Shown one piece after another: positions 21,941 to 31,274 of a stretch of 64,000 nt of DNA. Position numbers and translations under genes: made by a program. The stretch comes from Vulcanimicrobiota bacterium. GTDB lineage: Bacteria > Vulcanimicrobiota > Vulcanimicrobiia > Vulcanimicrobiales > Vulcanimicrobiaceae. How positions within the stretch are numbered: the first letter of the stretch is position 1; each line of letters begins with the position of its first letter. The stretch spans positions 96,001 to 160,000 of the forward strand of contig OY970223.1 in NCBI GenBank assembly GCA_963714015.1. The letters run 5' to 3'. The notes under the pieces are model-generated. The model saw only the letters and a program-made list of their open reading frames with translations. It was not told the DNA's origin and ran no database searches.

Positions 21941-22850
21941 CTAGGGCGGAGCGCCTTCCAAAACTCTGAAGGCTCGCCACGCCGTTGCGGCAAGCAGCGC
22001 GCTCACGATCGCGCGCGTAGCCGGCGATTTATTGAGCGTGTAAAAATGAATGCCCGGAGCGCCGCGCTGCAGCAGATCCGTGCATTGCAGCGTCGCATAG
22101 GCGACGCCGAGTTCTTCGATGGCCTTGGGCTCGTCGCGTCGGACCTGCAGTTCCGCGAGCAATTTCGGCGGGATGGTGGCACCGCACATTGCGGTAAAAC
22201 GCTGAATCTGTTCGAAGTTCGTGATCGGCATGATCCCGGGCAGAATGGGGACGTGGATGCCGGCGGCGCGGGCGCGATCGACGAACTGGAAGTAGCGATC
22301 ATTTTCGAAAAACAGCTGCGTGATCAAAAATTCGACGCCCGCATCGACCTTGCGCTTGAGGAATTGCAAGTCTTCGTCTAGACTCAGCTGCCTCGATGTG
22401 CTTCTCCGGATAGCACGCTCCGCCGATACAGAAATGGTAATTGCGCTCGATCATCGCGATGAGATCGGAAGCATGCTCGAAGCCGCCGGCGGGCGCTTTG
22501 AAAACGGCCGTGTCCTTCGGCGGGTCGCCGCGCAGGCCAAGCACGTTCTCGATTCCGGCGGCTTCGAGGTCGTTGAGAACGGTGCGCAAATCCGCGCGGG
22601 AGCTGCCGACGCACGTGACGTGAGCCATGACGTTGATGCCGATTTCGTTCTGAATATGTTTCGAGACTTCAATCGTGCGGGCTCGCGTCGAGCCGCCCGC
22701 ACCATAGGTCACCGAGACGAACGCCGGACGAAGTTCGCGTAAAGTTTTCGCAGCCTCAATGAGATGGACGTAAGCTTCGTCCGTGCGCGGCGGAAAGAAT
22801 TCGAATGAGAAAAACGGCCGTTGCCGCGCCAGCGTCTGGCTGATTCGCAT
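21941..22850 (-). CDS. metF: 5,10-methylenetetrahydrofolate reductase; +1 frameshift at ~22382
   Basis: SFEFFPP, SVTYGAGG, LRGDPP, YPEKH in one frame; LKRKVDAG, ITQLFF, GIHFYTLN in the next. Confidence 0.93.
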
Positions 22851-22861
22851 AAAATCGCCTC

Positions 22862-23518
22862 TTATCGAAACGTCGAGACGAGGCCTCCGCAGACGAGCGC
22901 CCAGCCGTCGACCATCACGAAGAGCAGCAACTTTGCCGGAAGCGAAATGACCGGCGGGCTAAGCATGAACATGCCCAGACCCATCAAGATGGAAGCGACG
23001 GCGAGGTCGATCGCTACGAACGGCAGATAAAGCGCGAACCCGATAGCGAACGCGTCCCGTAGTTCGCCTACGACGAAGGCCGGTACCAGAACGATCAGCG
23101 GCACGGCTCTCACGGGCTCCGCCGGGCGGCGCGCGACCCGTTCGAACAGGCTCACGTCGCTCAAGCGCGTTTGGCGCAGCATGAAATCGCGCAATGGGGC
23201 GGTCGAGCGGCTCAGAAAAACGGACTGAGAGATCCGGCCTTTGGAATACGGCGTTACGGCATCGGCGGAAATCTGCGCTATCGTCGGCGACATCACCACG
23301 AACGTGAGCGCAAGCGCTAGTCCGGTCAGAACGCTGTTCGGTGGAAGCGCCGCGGCTCCGATCGCCGAACGCACCAGTGAAAGCACTACGACGATCCGCA
23401 CGAACGAGGTGGACATCACCAAGACGAACGGTGCAATCGAGAGCAGCGTGAGCGCGGCTAGAACGTCTAGCGGAAGAGTGGCGTTGGCGTGATTGGCTAT
23501 CTTGAGCAGCGCGTCCAT
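22862..23518 (-). CDS. fliP: Export gate protein FliP
   Basis: TSFVRIVVVLSLVR, PPNSVLTGLAL, YLPFVAIDL, LGMFMLSPPVISLPAKLLLFVMVDGW. Confidence 0.95.
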   Translation of the reverse strand: MDALLKIANHANATLPLDVLAALTLLSIAPFVLVMSTSFVRIVVVLSLVRSAIGAAALPPNSVLTGLALALTFVVMSPTIAQISADAVTPYSKGRISQSVFLSRSTAPLRDFMLRQTRLSDVSLFERVARRPAEPVRAVPLIVLVPAFVVGELRDAFAIGFALYLPFVAIDLAVASILMGLGMFMLSPPVISLPAKLLLFVMVDGWALVCGGLVSTFR

Positions 23519-23551
23519 GGCGCTACTCTAAGGCGCCGATGTTGCCGCAGT

Positions 23552-23836
23552 TTAGCCGGGTTTTTGAATCAGTTCCGTAACGCGAACGCCGAAGTTCTCG
23601 TCGATGGCCACGACCTCGCCGCGCGCGACCAATTTGCTGTTCACGAGCAAGTCCACCGGACCGCCGGCCAGACGATCCAACTCGACGATCGAACCCGTGC
23701 CCAGCTTCAAGATCTCGGAGACGGCCATCTTGCATTTGCCGAGTTCCGCCGTAACTTGGAGCGGCACGTTCATAAGCAGATCGAGATTCTGTTGATCCGC
23801 CACCAAGGCGCCGTTTCTTTTTTGTTCAGCCATCAT
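23552..23836 (-). CDS. fliN: C-ring protein FliN (SpoA domain)
   Basis: [44 protein letters not shown]. Confidence 0.95.
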   Translation of the reverse strand: MMAEQKRNGALVADQQNLDLLMNVPLQVTAELGKCKMAVSEILKLGTGSIVELDRLAGGPVDLLVNSKLVARGEVVAIDENFGVRVTELIQKPG

Positions 23837-23845
23837 CGTCGTTGT

Positions 23846-24634
23846 CTATCCTTGTAACGGGCAGCTTTGGAGACGTATTGCGTGGTGCTCCCCAACGGCG
23901 CCGCACTCGCCGCGTCCGATGACGGACGCTCCGAGCTTGAGCAGACCCGGTTCTCCTATCCTAGTGTTCATCGGCAGGATGACGCCAGGGCGTAAGTCCA
24001 GGAGTGCGGAGGCAAGGATGGTGCCATGGAGTACGTCGACCGTGAGCTCGACCAGGACGTCGGCAAGATTCTCGGGGGCCAAGCGACCGGATGGCGCCGC
24101 GGCAGGGTCGCGGGCCACCGCCACGCCGATTCTCAGCGGCGCCGGCTGCTCGACGAGCATTTCAAAATATGTGGTAAAGCCGCCGATGGAATCGATCGGC
24201 TCAGGTGCGGTCGGGTTTGGTCCGCACACGGCCGCTAAGGAGCCCGCGAGAGCCCTCAGCGCGCGGACGGTGACCTCGCCTTCGAGGCGGGATAGCGGCC
24301 GATCGCCGGCAGGCTGCTCGCCGAAAGCGGCGGCTGCGAACGCCAGCGCGTCGGCGGGCCGCAAGACCAAAGCGGCGTCGTTTACGGATCCGCGGACGGC
24401 GTAAAGGTATGCGTCCGCGGAGATTGCGGCCCAAGCGTCCGGGTCCGGAACGAGCGGTTCGAGCAGCCGCAGCGTCACCGGAGTTTTCAAAAGGGAGCAA
24501 AGCGCTTCTCGAACGCCGTTCGCTACGACGCAGGCTGCACTGACCGGAAGCGAGGATCGCCGCTCGAATACGGCGCGGCGAACACCGCTCTCGCGTTCGT
24601 CGGGCAATGCGTTTTCGAACGCGAGAAACCTCAT
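23846..24634 (-). CDS. fliM: Divergent FliM-like C-ring protein lacking the N-terminal CheY-binding peptide
   Basis: Lies before fliN; middle-domain-like AALVLRPADALAFAAAAFG...RPLSRLEGEV; SpoA-like C-terminus (LADVLVELTV...LLDLRPGVILPM...GRGECG). Confidence 0.7.
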   Translation of the reverse strand: MRFLAFENALPDERESGVRRAVFERRSSLPVSAACVVANGVREALCSLLKTPVTLRLLEPLVPDPDAWAAISADAYLYAVRGSVNDAALVLRPADALAFAAAAFGEQPAGDRPLSRLEGEVTVRALRALAGSLAAVCGPNPTAPEPIDSIGGFTTYFEMLVEQPAPLRIGVAVARDPAAAPSGRLAPENLADVLVELTVDVLHGTILASALLDLRPGVILPMNTRIGEPGLLKLGASVIGRGECGAVGEHHAIRLQSCPLQG

Positions 24635-25347
24635 TTCAAAAGGTCCATCGCAATTTTTTCGGCGCCTGCGCCGGCAACGTTAGCCGCGCGAATCGCATCC
24701 AGCGCAATGTAAGCTTCTTGCAGGCGATCCAAGCCCAGATCGATATCGATCGTTCCGGCAGCTTTGTATCCGGGCGCGAGTTTGCCGAAAGCACTGTCCC
24801 CCGGCTTACCGGTGTGCGGAAAGATTCCGGCCGGCGCCGCAAGATGCCGCGTATCGACGCGCTGAAGCTTGGTTCCGGGAGCGAAGCGCGCCAGAGCGAT
24901 TCGCCCGACGGAAATCCTTTGAAGCTCGGCTCGTCCCGTCCGCGGATCGACGGCGCGACGATCGTAGACAACGGTGCCGTCGGCGTCGACCCGTGCATTT
25001 ATGCCCACACCCAACGCGACGTCCACCGGATCGGCATGCAGCGCTTCCAGCGCCGCACCCTCGCCGGAATATCCAAGCACGGCATTTCCGTTCGAGTCGA
25101 CCAATTTTCCGTCATGAAAAGCGAACGTGCCGTCTTGCGTGAACAGCGTCTTGCCGTTTTCGCTCGCAACGACGAAGTAACTCTGCTCCGGAGCAGTCGC
25201 GCAAAGCCCGTCTGTCGCGGGCAACGGGCGCGCCGCCCGCGCAACGTCGCTCATTTCCGGGACCGCGCCGGGTACATACGCCCGAAGTACGTCTCGCTCG
25301 CGCGCCGCAATTTCGTCAATTGCGCGAGCAGTCGCTGCCGTCAGCAT
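24631..25347 (-). CDS. Divergent FlgF/FlgG-like rod/hook-family axial protein
   Basis: SYFVVASENGKTLFTQDGTFAFHDGKLVDSNGNAVLG matches the FlgEFG 'FF.V....YTRDG.F......LV...G..VLG' pattern; VGRIALARF; C-terminal D0 helix. ATG 25347, 238 aa. Confidence 0.75.
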   Translation of the reverse strand: MLTAATARAIDEIAARERDVLRAYVPGAVPEMSDVARAARPLPATDGLCATAPEQSYFVVASENGKTLFTQDGTFAFHDGKLVDSNGNAVLGYSGEGAALEALHADPVDVALGVGINARVDADGTVVYDRRAVDPRTGRAELQRISVGRIALARFAPGTKLQRVDTRHLAAPAGIFPHTGKPGDSAFGKLAPGYKAAGTIDIDLGLDRLQEAYIALDAIRAANVAGAGAEKIAMDLLK

Positions 25348-25901
25348 CCGGCCTCGGCGCGCGTCTCTGCGTTCAAACGAATGCCGGAACGGGCAAGTGA
25401 GTAGCGGGCCTGCGCCAGCGCAGCGGCAACCTGCGCATTTGCTCTGGGTGCGCACACCGCCACCAAATCGACGCGCTTCCCGCGCGAACGCAGCAGAATT
25501 TGAACGCGGCCGCCTTCGCCTTCAATTGCGAACGCCGCCTTGTTCGGGAGCGCCGCCTGTTTTGAAAACCTGCGCGCAATCGCTTTTGCAAGCGGCGATC
25601 GCGGCAATCGCCGATCGGCGATTTGCGAGCTCAAACGCGTAGCTGCGTTTGACTTTTGAGTGCGGTTGCACCAGGCGCGCTCGGCATCGGTCGTCGACTG
25701 GGTAGCGTGATGCTCCGATTTGCCCTGGACTTCGGATAATGCGCAAGTCGGCGCTTGCGGACCGGCGGATTTTGCAGTACCAGACTGCTCGCCCCGAGAG
25801 CCGTAAAGCGCGGAGTACCACGCCTGGGAAAGCGCGCGCCGGTCGTACGATGCCACCGGTGCGCTCAGAACGCTGAATCCTAATTGCTCGTCGATCGTCA
25901 T
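25341..25901 (-). CDS. Putative miniature FliK-like length-control protein
   Basis: Low-complexity N-terminal/central region, then GRVQILLRSRGKRVDLVAVC...VAAALAQARYSLARSGIRL, resembling the FliK C-terminal (T3S4) domain; located in the cluster. Confidence 0.5.
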   Translation of the reverse strand: MTIDEQLGFSVLSAPVASYDRRALSQAWYSALYGSRGEQSGTAKSAGPQAPTCALSEVQGKSEHHATQSTTDAERAWCNRTQKSNAATRLSSQIADRRLPRSPLAKAIARRFSKQAALPNKAAFAIEGEGGRVQILLRSRGKRVDLVAVCAPRANAQVAAALAQARYSLARSGIRLNAETRAEAGC

Positions 25902-25946
25902 GCCCGGAGCATAGCGAGCCGCCGTGGCGTGGCGGCTTCGAGAATG

Positions 25947-27575
25947 TTATTGAAACATTTCCCCGGGGTCTTGCACGCGCTGACGATAACGCCCGTCGTC
26001 GAACGCTGCGGATTTGAGCGCATACATCTTGGAATTGGCTTCATCGAACGTGATGACGAAGTTTTTCAGTACGCCCATGCCGATGTTCCCTGCGTCGAAG
26101 CGGTCCGCGAAAGCGCCGCGATCGCTCATGATGATGTTCGCGTAGCGGTTATAGAAATGGAACGGCCCGAAATCGAGTTCGTCGATGTAGCCGAAGGACG
26201 CCCGTGCAGAACCGCCGACTCCGTAGTCGTTAGCGGCGCGTTCGCGATCTTCCAGGGGGACGACGTACGGATGCGCTTGCATGAAAGGCGAGTACAGCAG
26301 CAACTCCGTGCTGTTTCCGGTGTCTACGACGAACGTTCCATCAATGCGGTTCACCGATCCGTCCAACTCGACCAGTTGGCGGTCGTTGTCGATGCTGAAG
26401 GCGCTGCCCTTGGGATCCAGCGTGCCGGGTTTTCCGAACGTCATGGTGCGAGCGACCGGATCGATCGTCACCTCCGCGGAGGCGAAGAACGGATAGCCGA
26501 GCACGCCGTCCGCGCCGGTGGCAGCGCGCAGGTCCAAAACCGATACGGAATGGACCGGGAGAGCAGCGCCCCCGATCTGAATCGAATTCAGAGCGGCAAA
26601 ACCCAGGCCGCCGACCCGTTTGGCGCCCGCGACCTCCAAATGGCCCTGGTACTGCAATCCTTGCTGCGCAGCAACTTGGGTATCCAATGCAATCATCTGC
26701 GCGCCGGTGTCGACGAGAAACCGGTAATCGCGCGTTCCGACGCGGACCTGTACGAAAAAGTGCCCCTGCTCCTCGTGCAGCGGAACGGTGACGGGTTTGT
26801 CGGTTTGAATCACCGTGGAGACCGGAAGCGCGAACACCTTAGGATCGACCGCGCCGTCGATTACGACGTCTTTGATCAAGTGCGTGAGATCGTACACGCG
26901 ATCGCCGTTGGAGTCGACCTCGCGCATTGCAACCAGCGTGCCGCGAATTACCTGATAGTCGTAATAGTCTTCGGTGGATACGCCGTCATCTTCGTCGTAC
27001 GCGACGCGATCGATCATGAAGGTCTTTGCGTCCAGATACAATGTCTCGGGTTGACCGCCGGGCGGCGCAACCTCGATGGCGTACGTCGATCGTCCGTCGG
27101 GCAGCGTGGCTGCGTTTTTGAGCGTATCGTATCGAGGCGTCGAAACGAAAGACTCGGAATCCACGAAATCTTCGGTCAGCTGCCGTTTCGCCAGAATTCC
27201 GTGCAGTTCGCGCACGTCACCCGTTTCATTTATCGCGTACTCCCGATCGTTCAAGCGCAATGAGGCCGTCGTGTGTGAGACGGTTTCGTCGTCCTCACGC
27301 GCGTCGCTGCCCATCGACCACCGCCGGAAAGAACCGGTGAGATCGCCGGCAACGATAGGCCCCGAGATCTCGATGGATCGGGCGGGATGCAGCGGCAGCG
27401 CGGCCATTGCGGCGCGCCGATCTTGCAGAATGGTTTGTAAAGAAAGCGTCTGTGCGCGCGCGGGCGCAAAGGTCAGTGCGGCGATCGCCACGGCAAGCAG
27501 CGCCGTAGCGCTACGGAGTTTTGTACTTTGCGTAGCTTTGCATGACGTTCTGAACGTAATTCTGCGTTTCGGCAT
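25947..27575 (-). CDS. Secreted tandem retropepsin-like aspartyl protease (start uncertain)
   Basis: Signal-like ATALLAVAIAALTFAPARA; two catalytic motifs FLVDTGA and FVVDTGN; DGVLGYPFF and GNIGMGVL. Confidence 0.85.
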   Translation of the reverse strand: MPKRRITFRTSCKATQSTKLRSATALLAVAIAALTFAPARAQTLSLQTILQDRRAAMAALPLHPARSIEISGPIVAGDLTGSFRRWSMGSDAREDDETVSHTTASLRLNDREYAINETGDVRELHGILAKRQLTEDFVDSESFVSTPRYDTLKNAATLPDGRSTYAIEVAPPGGQPETLYLDAKTFMIDRVAYDEDDGVSTEDYYDYQVIRGTLVAMREVDSNGDRVYDLTHLIKDVVIDGAVDPKVFALPVSTVIQTDKPVTVPLHEEQGHFFVQVRVGTRDYRFLVDTGAQMIALDTQVAAQQGLQYQGHLEVAGAKRVGGLGFAALNSIQIGGAALPVHSVSVLDLRAATGADGVLGYPFFASAEVTIDPVARTMTFGKPGTLDPKGSAFSIDNDRQLVELDGSVNRIDGTFVVDTGNSTELLLYSPFMQAHPYVVPLEDRERAANDYGVGGSARASFGYIDELDFGPFHFYNRYANIIMSDRGAFADRFDAGNIGMGVLKNFVITFDEANSKMYALKSAAFDDGRYRQRVQDPGEMFQ

Positions 27576-28098
27576 AAGGCGGAACTCCGCCATACTTCTC
27601 CACGGCCCCAGGCCCTGCATTGTACGCCGCGACCGCGAGAGGCACATCGCCGTGGAAGCGATCGAGCAAGCCGCGCAGGTAACGCGTGCCGCCCGAGACG
27701 TTTTGGGCCGGGTCATAGGCGTTGGACACACCGAGCTCCGCCGCAGTGGACGGCTCGAGCTGCATCAATCCTTGGGCACCGGTCTTCGAAGTGGCGTTGG
27801 CGTCGAATCCGGATTCGTTCGCGATAATCGCCTTGACCAGTGCGGGATCGACTCCCCAAGCGGCGGCATTTGCGCCCGCGAGCTGCGCGATCTGCGGCGG
27901 CGGTACGATTGCCGGCACCTGCGCGGACGACTCTTGCTGCTGAGCCGTCAGCACCGGATCTTGTTGATTGTCCATCGCCGTGGACACGAGCTGCGCGAAA
28001 GATGAAGACGGGCTCGGGCCGGCAACGCCCGGGTCGATCTGCTGCGTGATCTCGGAGATTCGCCGCGTTACGGCGGCAAGGTCGGCGGTGATGTCCAT
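27511..28098 (-). CDS. SLT-family lytic transglycosylase
   Basis: AIIANESGF, GAQGLMQL, AVAAYNAGPG, PPYAETQNYV; no Sec signal. Confidence 0.93.
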   Translation of the reverse strand: MDITADLAAVTRRISEITQQIDPGVAGPSPSSSFAQLVSTAMDNQQDPVLTAQQQESSAQVPAIVPPPQIAQLAGANAAAWGVDPALVKAIIANESGFDANATSKTGAQGLMQLEPSTAAELGVSNAYDPAQNVSGGTRYLRGLLDRFHGDVPLAVAAYNAGPGAVEKYGGVPPYAETQNYVQNVMQSYAKYKTP

Positions 28099-28102
28099 AC
28101 GT

Positions 28103-29335
28103 TCACCTCAAGGTATCGGCAAGGGCGGCTAGCCCCGATAGGGTTTGTTCAGGCGGAATCGGCCGCTCGTCTTGGCGCAGGAAGTCTTCGAGCACCGGCT
28201 CGCATGCCGCGGCTCGAAGGGCGCCCGCGCCGGCCGGCATGATGCCGAGGTCGCGAGCATCGCGGGTTCGTGCAAGGGCCGCCAAAGCAGATCGAACCAC
28301 CGAGGCGCAATCCTGATGCTCGCGTTCCGTAACCAAGTGCATCGTGCGGCTCGCACTGGCCAGCGGATCGATTGCCGGAAACCGTCCCGCGCGAGCCAGC
28401 TCGGCGGAAAGCTGGACGTGCCCGTCGAGCAGCGATCGAGCGGCATCGCTGACCGGATCGCGCTCGTCGCCGTCGGAGAGAATGCTTGCGATGAGCGTTA
28501 TCGAGCCGGCCGGGCCGGTTCCCGCCGCCTCGAGAAAGTGCGCCATCTGCGCGAAGACGCTGGGCGGATATCCGCCTCGCCCAACGCTCTCTGCGCGCAG
28601 AACGCCGCTCTCGCGTAAAGCCGATGCAAAGCGCGCGAGGCTATCCAAAACCAAAAGCACGTGCAAACCTCGCCCGCGCAGCGCGCTCGCTTGAGCGATT
28701 GCCACGTGTGCGGCGCGGATGCGTTCGGCCGCGCTCCTGTCGCTGGTCGCGCAAACGACGGTGGCGTTACCCGGCGCGACGCGCATCCACTCCTCGGCCT
28801 CTCGTCCGCGTTCGCCGACGAGCGCTACGACGACGGCATCCGCGCAAACGCCGCGCACCAGCATGTGCAGGAGCGTCGATTTCCCGGCGCCGGGCGGACC
28901 GAATAATCCGACGCGCGCGCCGCGGCCGATTGTCAGCAGCGCGTCGATCGTACGAATACCGGTCCAGAGCGGTTCGCGTATTTCGGATCGCGCCGAAGGA
29001 AGCGGAACGTCCGCATTGACCGGCGTGGGAAGTCCGCGCAACGCTCCACGTTCGTCGAGCGGTTTGCCGTAAGGATCGAGTGCCCGGCCCAGAAGCATCG
29101 TTCCGAGAGGCATTACTACGGATCGAGGATCGCTCAGAACCGGATCGCCGGACGCCACGCCTTCGCAATCTCCGTGAAGCATCACGTCTGCGCGCGCGTC
29201 GTGCAATGCGACGACCGTACCGGTCACTTTGCCGCGGGCAGTCCGTACGAGAACGCCTGCACCGAGCTCGGCCGCAGGAATCGACGCTTGGACCAAGCCG
29301 CCGCACGCCGAGAGCACACTGCCCCGAGCGATCAT
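28103..29335 (-). CDS. fliI: Type III export ATPase FliI
   Basis: Walker A GPPGAGKST, GERGRE, LDSLARFA, GYPPSVF, LLDGH, FPAIDPLASASR. Confidence 0.93.
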   Translation of the reverse strand: MIARGSVLSACGGLVQASIPAAELGAGVLVRTARGKVTGTVVALHDARADVMLHGDCEGVASGDPVLSDPRSVVMPLGTMLLGRALDPYGKPLDERGALRGLPTPVNADVPLPSARSEIREPLWTGIRTIDALLTIGRGARVGLFGPPGAGKSTLLHMLVRGVCADAVVVALVGERGREAEEWMRVAPGNATVVCATSDRSAAERIRAAHVAIAQASALRGRGLHVLLVLDSLARFASALRESGVLRAESVGRGGYPPSVFAQMAHFLEAAGTGPAGSITLIASILSDGDERDPVSDAARSLLDGHVQLSAELARAGRFPAIDPLASASRTMHLVTEREHQDCASVVRSALAALARTRDARDLGIMPAGAGALRAAACEPVLEDFLRQDERPIPPEQTLSGLAALADTLR

Positions 29336-29811
29336 GCAAAATCCCGCAGAATCGACTGTAAGCGAACGCCGAGCGTCGCTTCGATCGATCCGCTGCGCAG
29401 TTCGAGGACCGCATCGCCGGGCAGCAGCGCGCCGTCTGCGACGACGGGTAGACCGCAGTTTACCAGCGTTGCTTCACTCGGATGCAGACGGACGCGCAAC
29501 GGATCGTCGTTGAAGAAACGCGCCGAAAGACGTTGCACGATTGCATCTATGTCGACGGACGTTATCTGCAGCTCCCGGGCTAGAACTTCAGCGGCCAAAT
29601 CCGCGCAAATCTGCCGCACAGCATGGTCTACGCCTTCGGCAACGGCGGCTTTGAACAAACGCACGCCGCTAAGCAAAGCTGCGGTCTCTCCGGCATCGCC
29701 TTCATCCTCACGTGGAGGTGGCGCCTGCGGGAACGGTTCAGTTTGAGCGATGCCGGGCGCCGGTTCCCGCGGCCTGACCATCGAGGCCAGCGAGCGAAAC
29801 GTTTCAGGCAT
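29332..29811 (-). CDS. fliH: Short FliH-like ATPase stator
   Basis: Between fliF/G and fliI; LRVRLHP...ADGALLPGDAVLELRSGSIEATL; 159 aa. Confidence 0.75.
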   Translation of the reverse strand: MPETFRSLASMVRPREPAPGIAQTEPFPQAPPPREDEGDAGETAALLSGVRLFKAAVAEGVDHAVRQICADLAAEVLARELQITSVDIDAIVQRLSARFFNDDPLRVRLHPSEATLVNCGLPVVADGALLPGDAVLELRSGSIEATLGVRLQSILRDFA

Positions 29812-31270
29812 GCGTTATGAAGCGCTCGGCATCGGGCAGTAGCGGCGAACCAGGACGATGCATGCGCCGAATGATCGCGCTGCGTTCGTGCTCCGGATAC
29901 ATTTCCAGTACGGCGGCAGCCGTCGCTGCGGGAAGGGCGCTGATGATGGCCGCGGCCGTATGCGGCGGCTCGTTTTCCAGCGATGCGCGTACGCCGGCCG
30001 GCGGAATGTCGCGCGATTTCTCCGCAGCGCTTGCGATTGCGGCGCGTTGACCCATCGCCTGCAGCGCCGCCGACAGCGGGCGGGAAGCATAACGCATTCC
30101 GATTGCAGCCCCGGCTGCGAGAATGAGCGCAGGCAAGACCGGAACGACGGCGCCGTACGCCAGCCACCAGCCGTCTTTTCTTGCCAAAGGCGTTCGAGTG
30201 AAATTCATCGCCTGCACTTCCAAGACGTCGCCGCGGCGCGGATCGATGCCGAGGGTGGCGGCTGCCAGAGCGCGGACGGGGACGATGTCCGCGATCTGCG
30301 CAGAGTCGACGAAGACCGCAGCAGTTATCCTCGCAATGCGTCCTCCTTGCGCGGATGTGGTCTCTTCACTCGTATCGCTTCCGCGATCGAGGTCCTGAGC
30401 GGATTTCTCGTAGCGCTTGCCGCCGTCGAAATAGTGCTCGTCTTGAGTGTTTGCCGCGATCGGCAGCGCCGATAAGGGAACGCGCCGAACGTTTCTTCGC
30501 ATCACGCTGCTGCGGTCGTATTCGATGTGCACGCGAACCAATGCCGCTCCCGCTCCAAGCGTCGAATCCAAGGCGCTCTGCAGCGAATGCTGCAAATCCG
30601 AGGCGCCGGCGTCCGATGCTCCTTCCTCCAGCGCAACGCCGCGATCGTCCACGATCTTCACGTTGCGCGGATCGAGTCCGGCAACGCTCGCCGCAACGAA
30701 CGAGCGAACACCGCCGACCGCTTGCGCGGAAAGCCGCGCACCGGGCTGCAGCGTCAATCGCACGCTGGCCGTCGCCGCGCTCGACGCGTCGTCGGCATAA
30801 TACCCTTCCCGCGCCGGAGCGATAATGACGCGCGCATCCTGGATGCCTTGGATTCCGCGCAGACTCAGTTCGATGTCGCCGGCCAAACCGTCACGCGTCT
30901 GGGCGTCAATCACTGATTGTGGGGTTAGCGCGCCCAGTTTCCCAAGAACGTCACTGGTGCCTTGCACATGCGCATGGGGCGTACCCGCCATAGACAGCTT
31001 CAGCAAAAGATCGCTGCGGCGCGCGCCGTCGATGAGCACGTTGTCGGCGGAAGGCGTGAAGGGAACGTTCCAACTCGCTAGGCGTTCTTCGACTTCACCG
31101 AGCTGGTCCGGCTGCAGGGCGCCGGCGAAGAGCGGAACGCGCTGCGAATGCGTTAGAACTCCGGCTGCGATGCTGACGAAGACCAAGGCGATGCAAGCTG
31201 CGGCCGTCAGCTTTCGCGTGCGCGCAGGCAGGGTGTTCCAGCGCGCGAAAAGCGCGGCCGCATCGGTCAC
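29804..31270 (-). CDS. fliF: MS-ring protein FliF fused to a FliG middle-domain-like segment
   Basis: TM1, ring-building motifs (DIELSLRGIQGIQDARVII, TASVRLTL, VAASVAGLDPRNVKIVDDRG), RITAAVFVD, RRGDVLEV, TM2, then LENEPPHTAAAIISALPAATAAAVLEMYPEHERSAIIRRM. Confidence 0.85.
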   Translation of the reverse strand: MTDAAALFARWNTLPARTRKLTAAACIALVFVSIAAGVLTHSQRVPLFAGALQPDQLGEVEERLASWNVPFTPSADNVLIDGARRSDLLLKLSMAGTPHAHVQGTSDVLGKLGALTPQSVIDAQTRDGLAGDIELSLRGIQGIQDARVIIAPAREGYYADDASSAATASVRLTLQPGARLSAQAVGGVRSFVAASVAGLDPRNVKIVDDRGVALEEGASDAGASDLQHSLQSALDSTLGAGAALVRVHIEYDRSSVMRRNVRRVPLSALPIAANTQDEHYFDGGKRYEKSAQDLDRGSDTSEETTSAQGGRIARITAAVFVDSAQIADIVPVRALAAATLGIDPRRGDVLEVQAMNFTRTPLARKDGWWLAYGAVVPVLPALILAAGAAIGMRYASRPLSAALQAMGQRAAIASAAEKSRDIPPAGVRASLENEPPHTAAAIISALPAATAAAVLEMYPEHERSAIIRRMHRPGSPLLPDAERFITHA

Positions 31271-31274
31271 CTCG

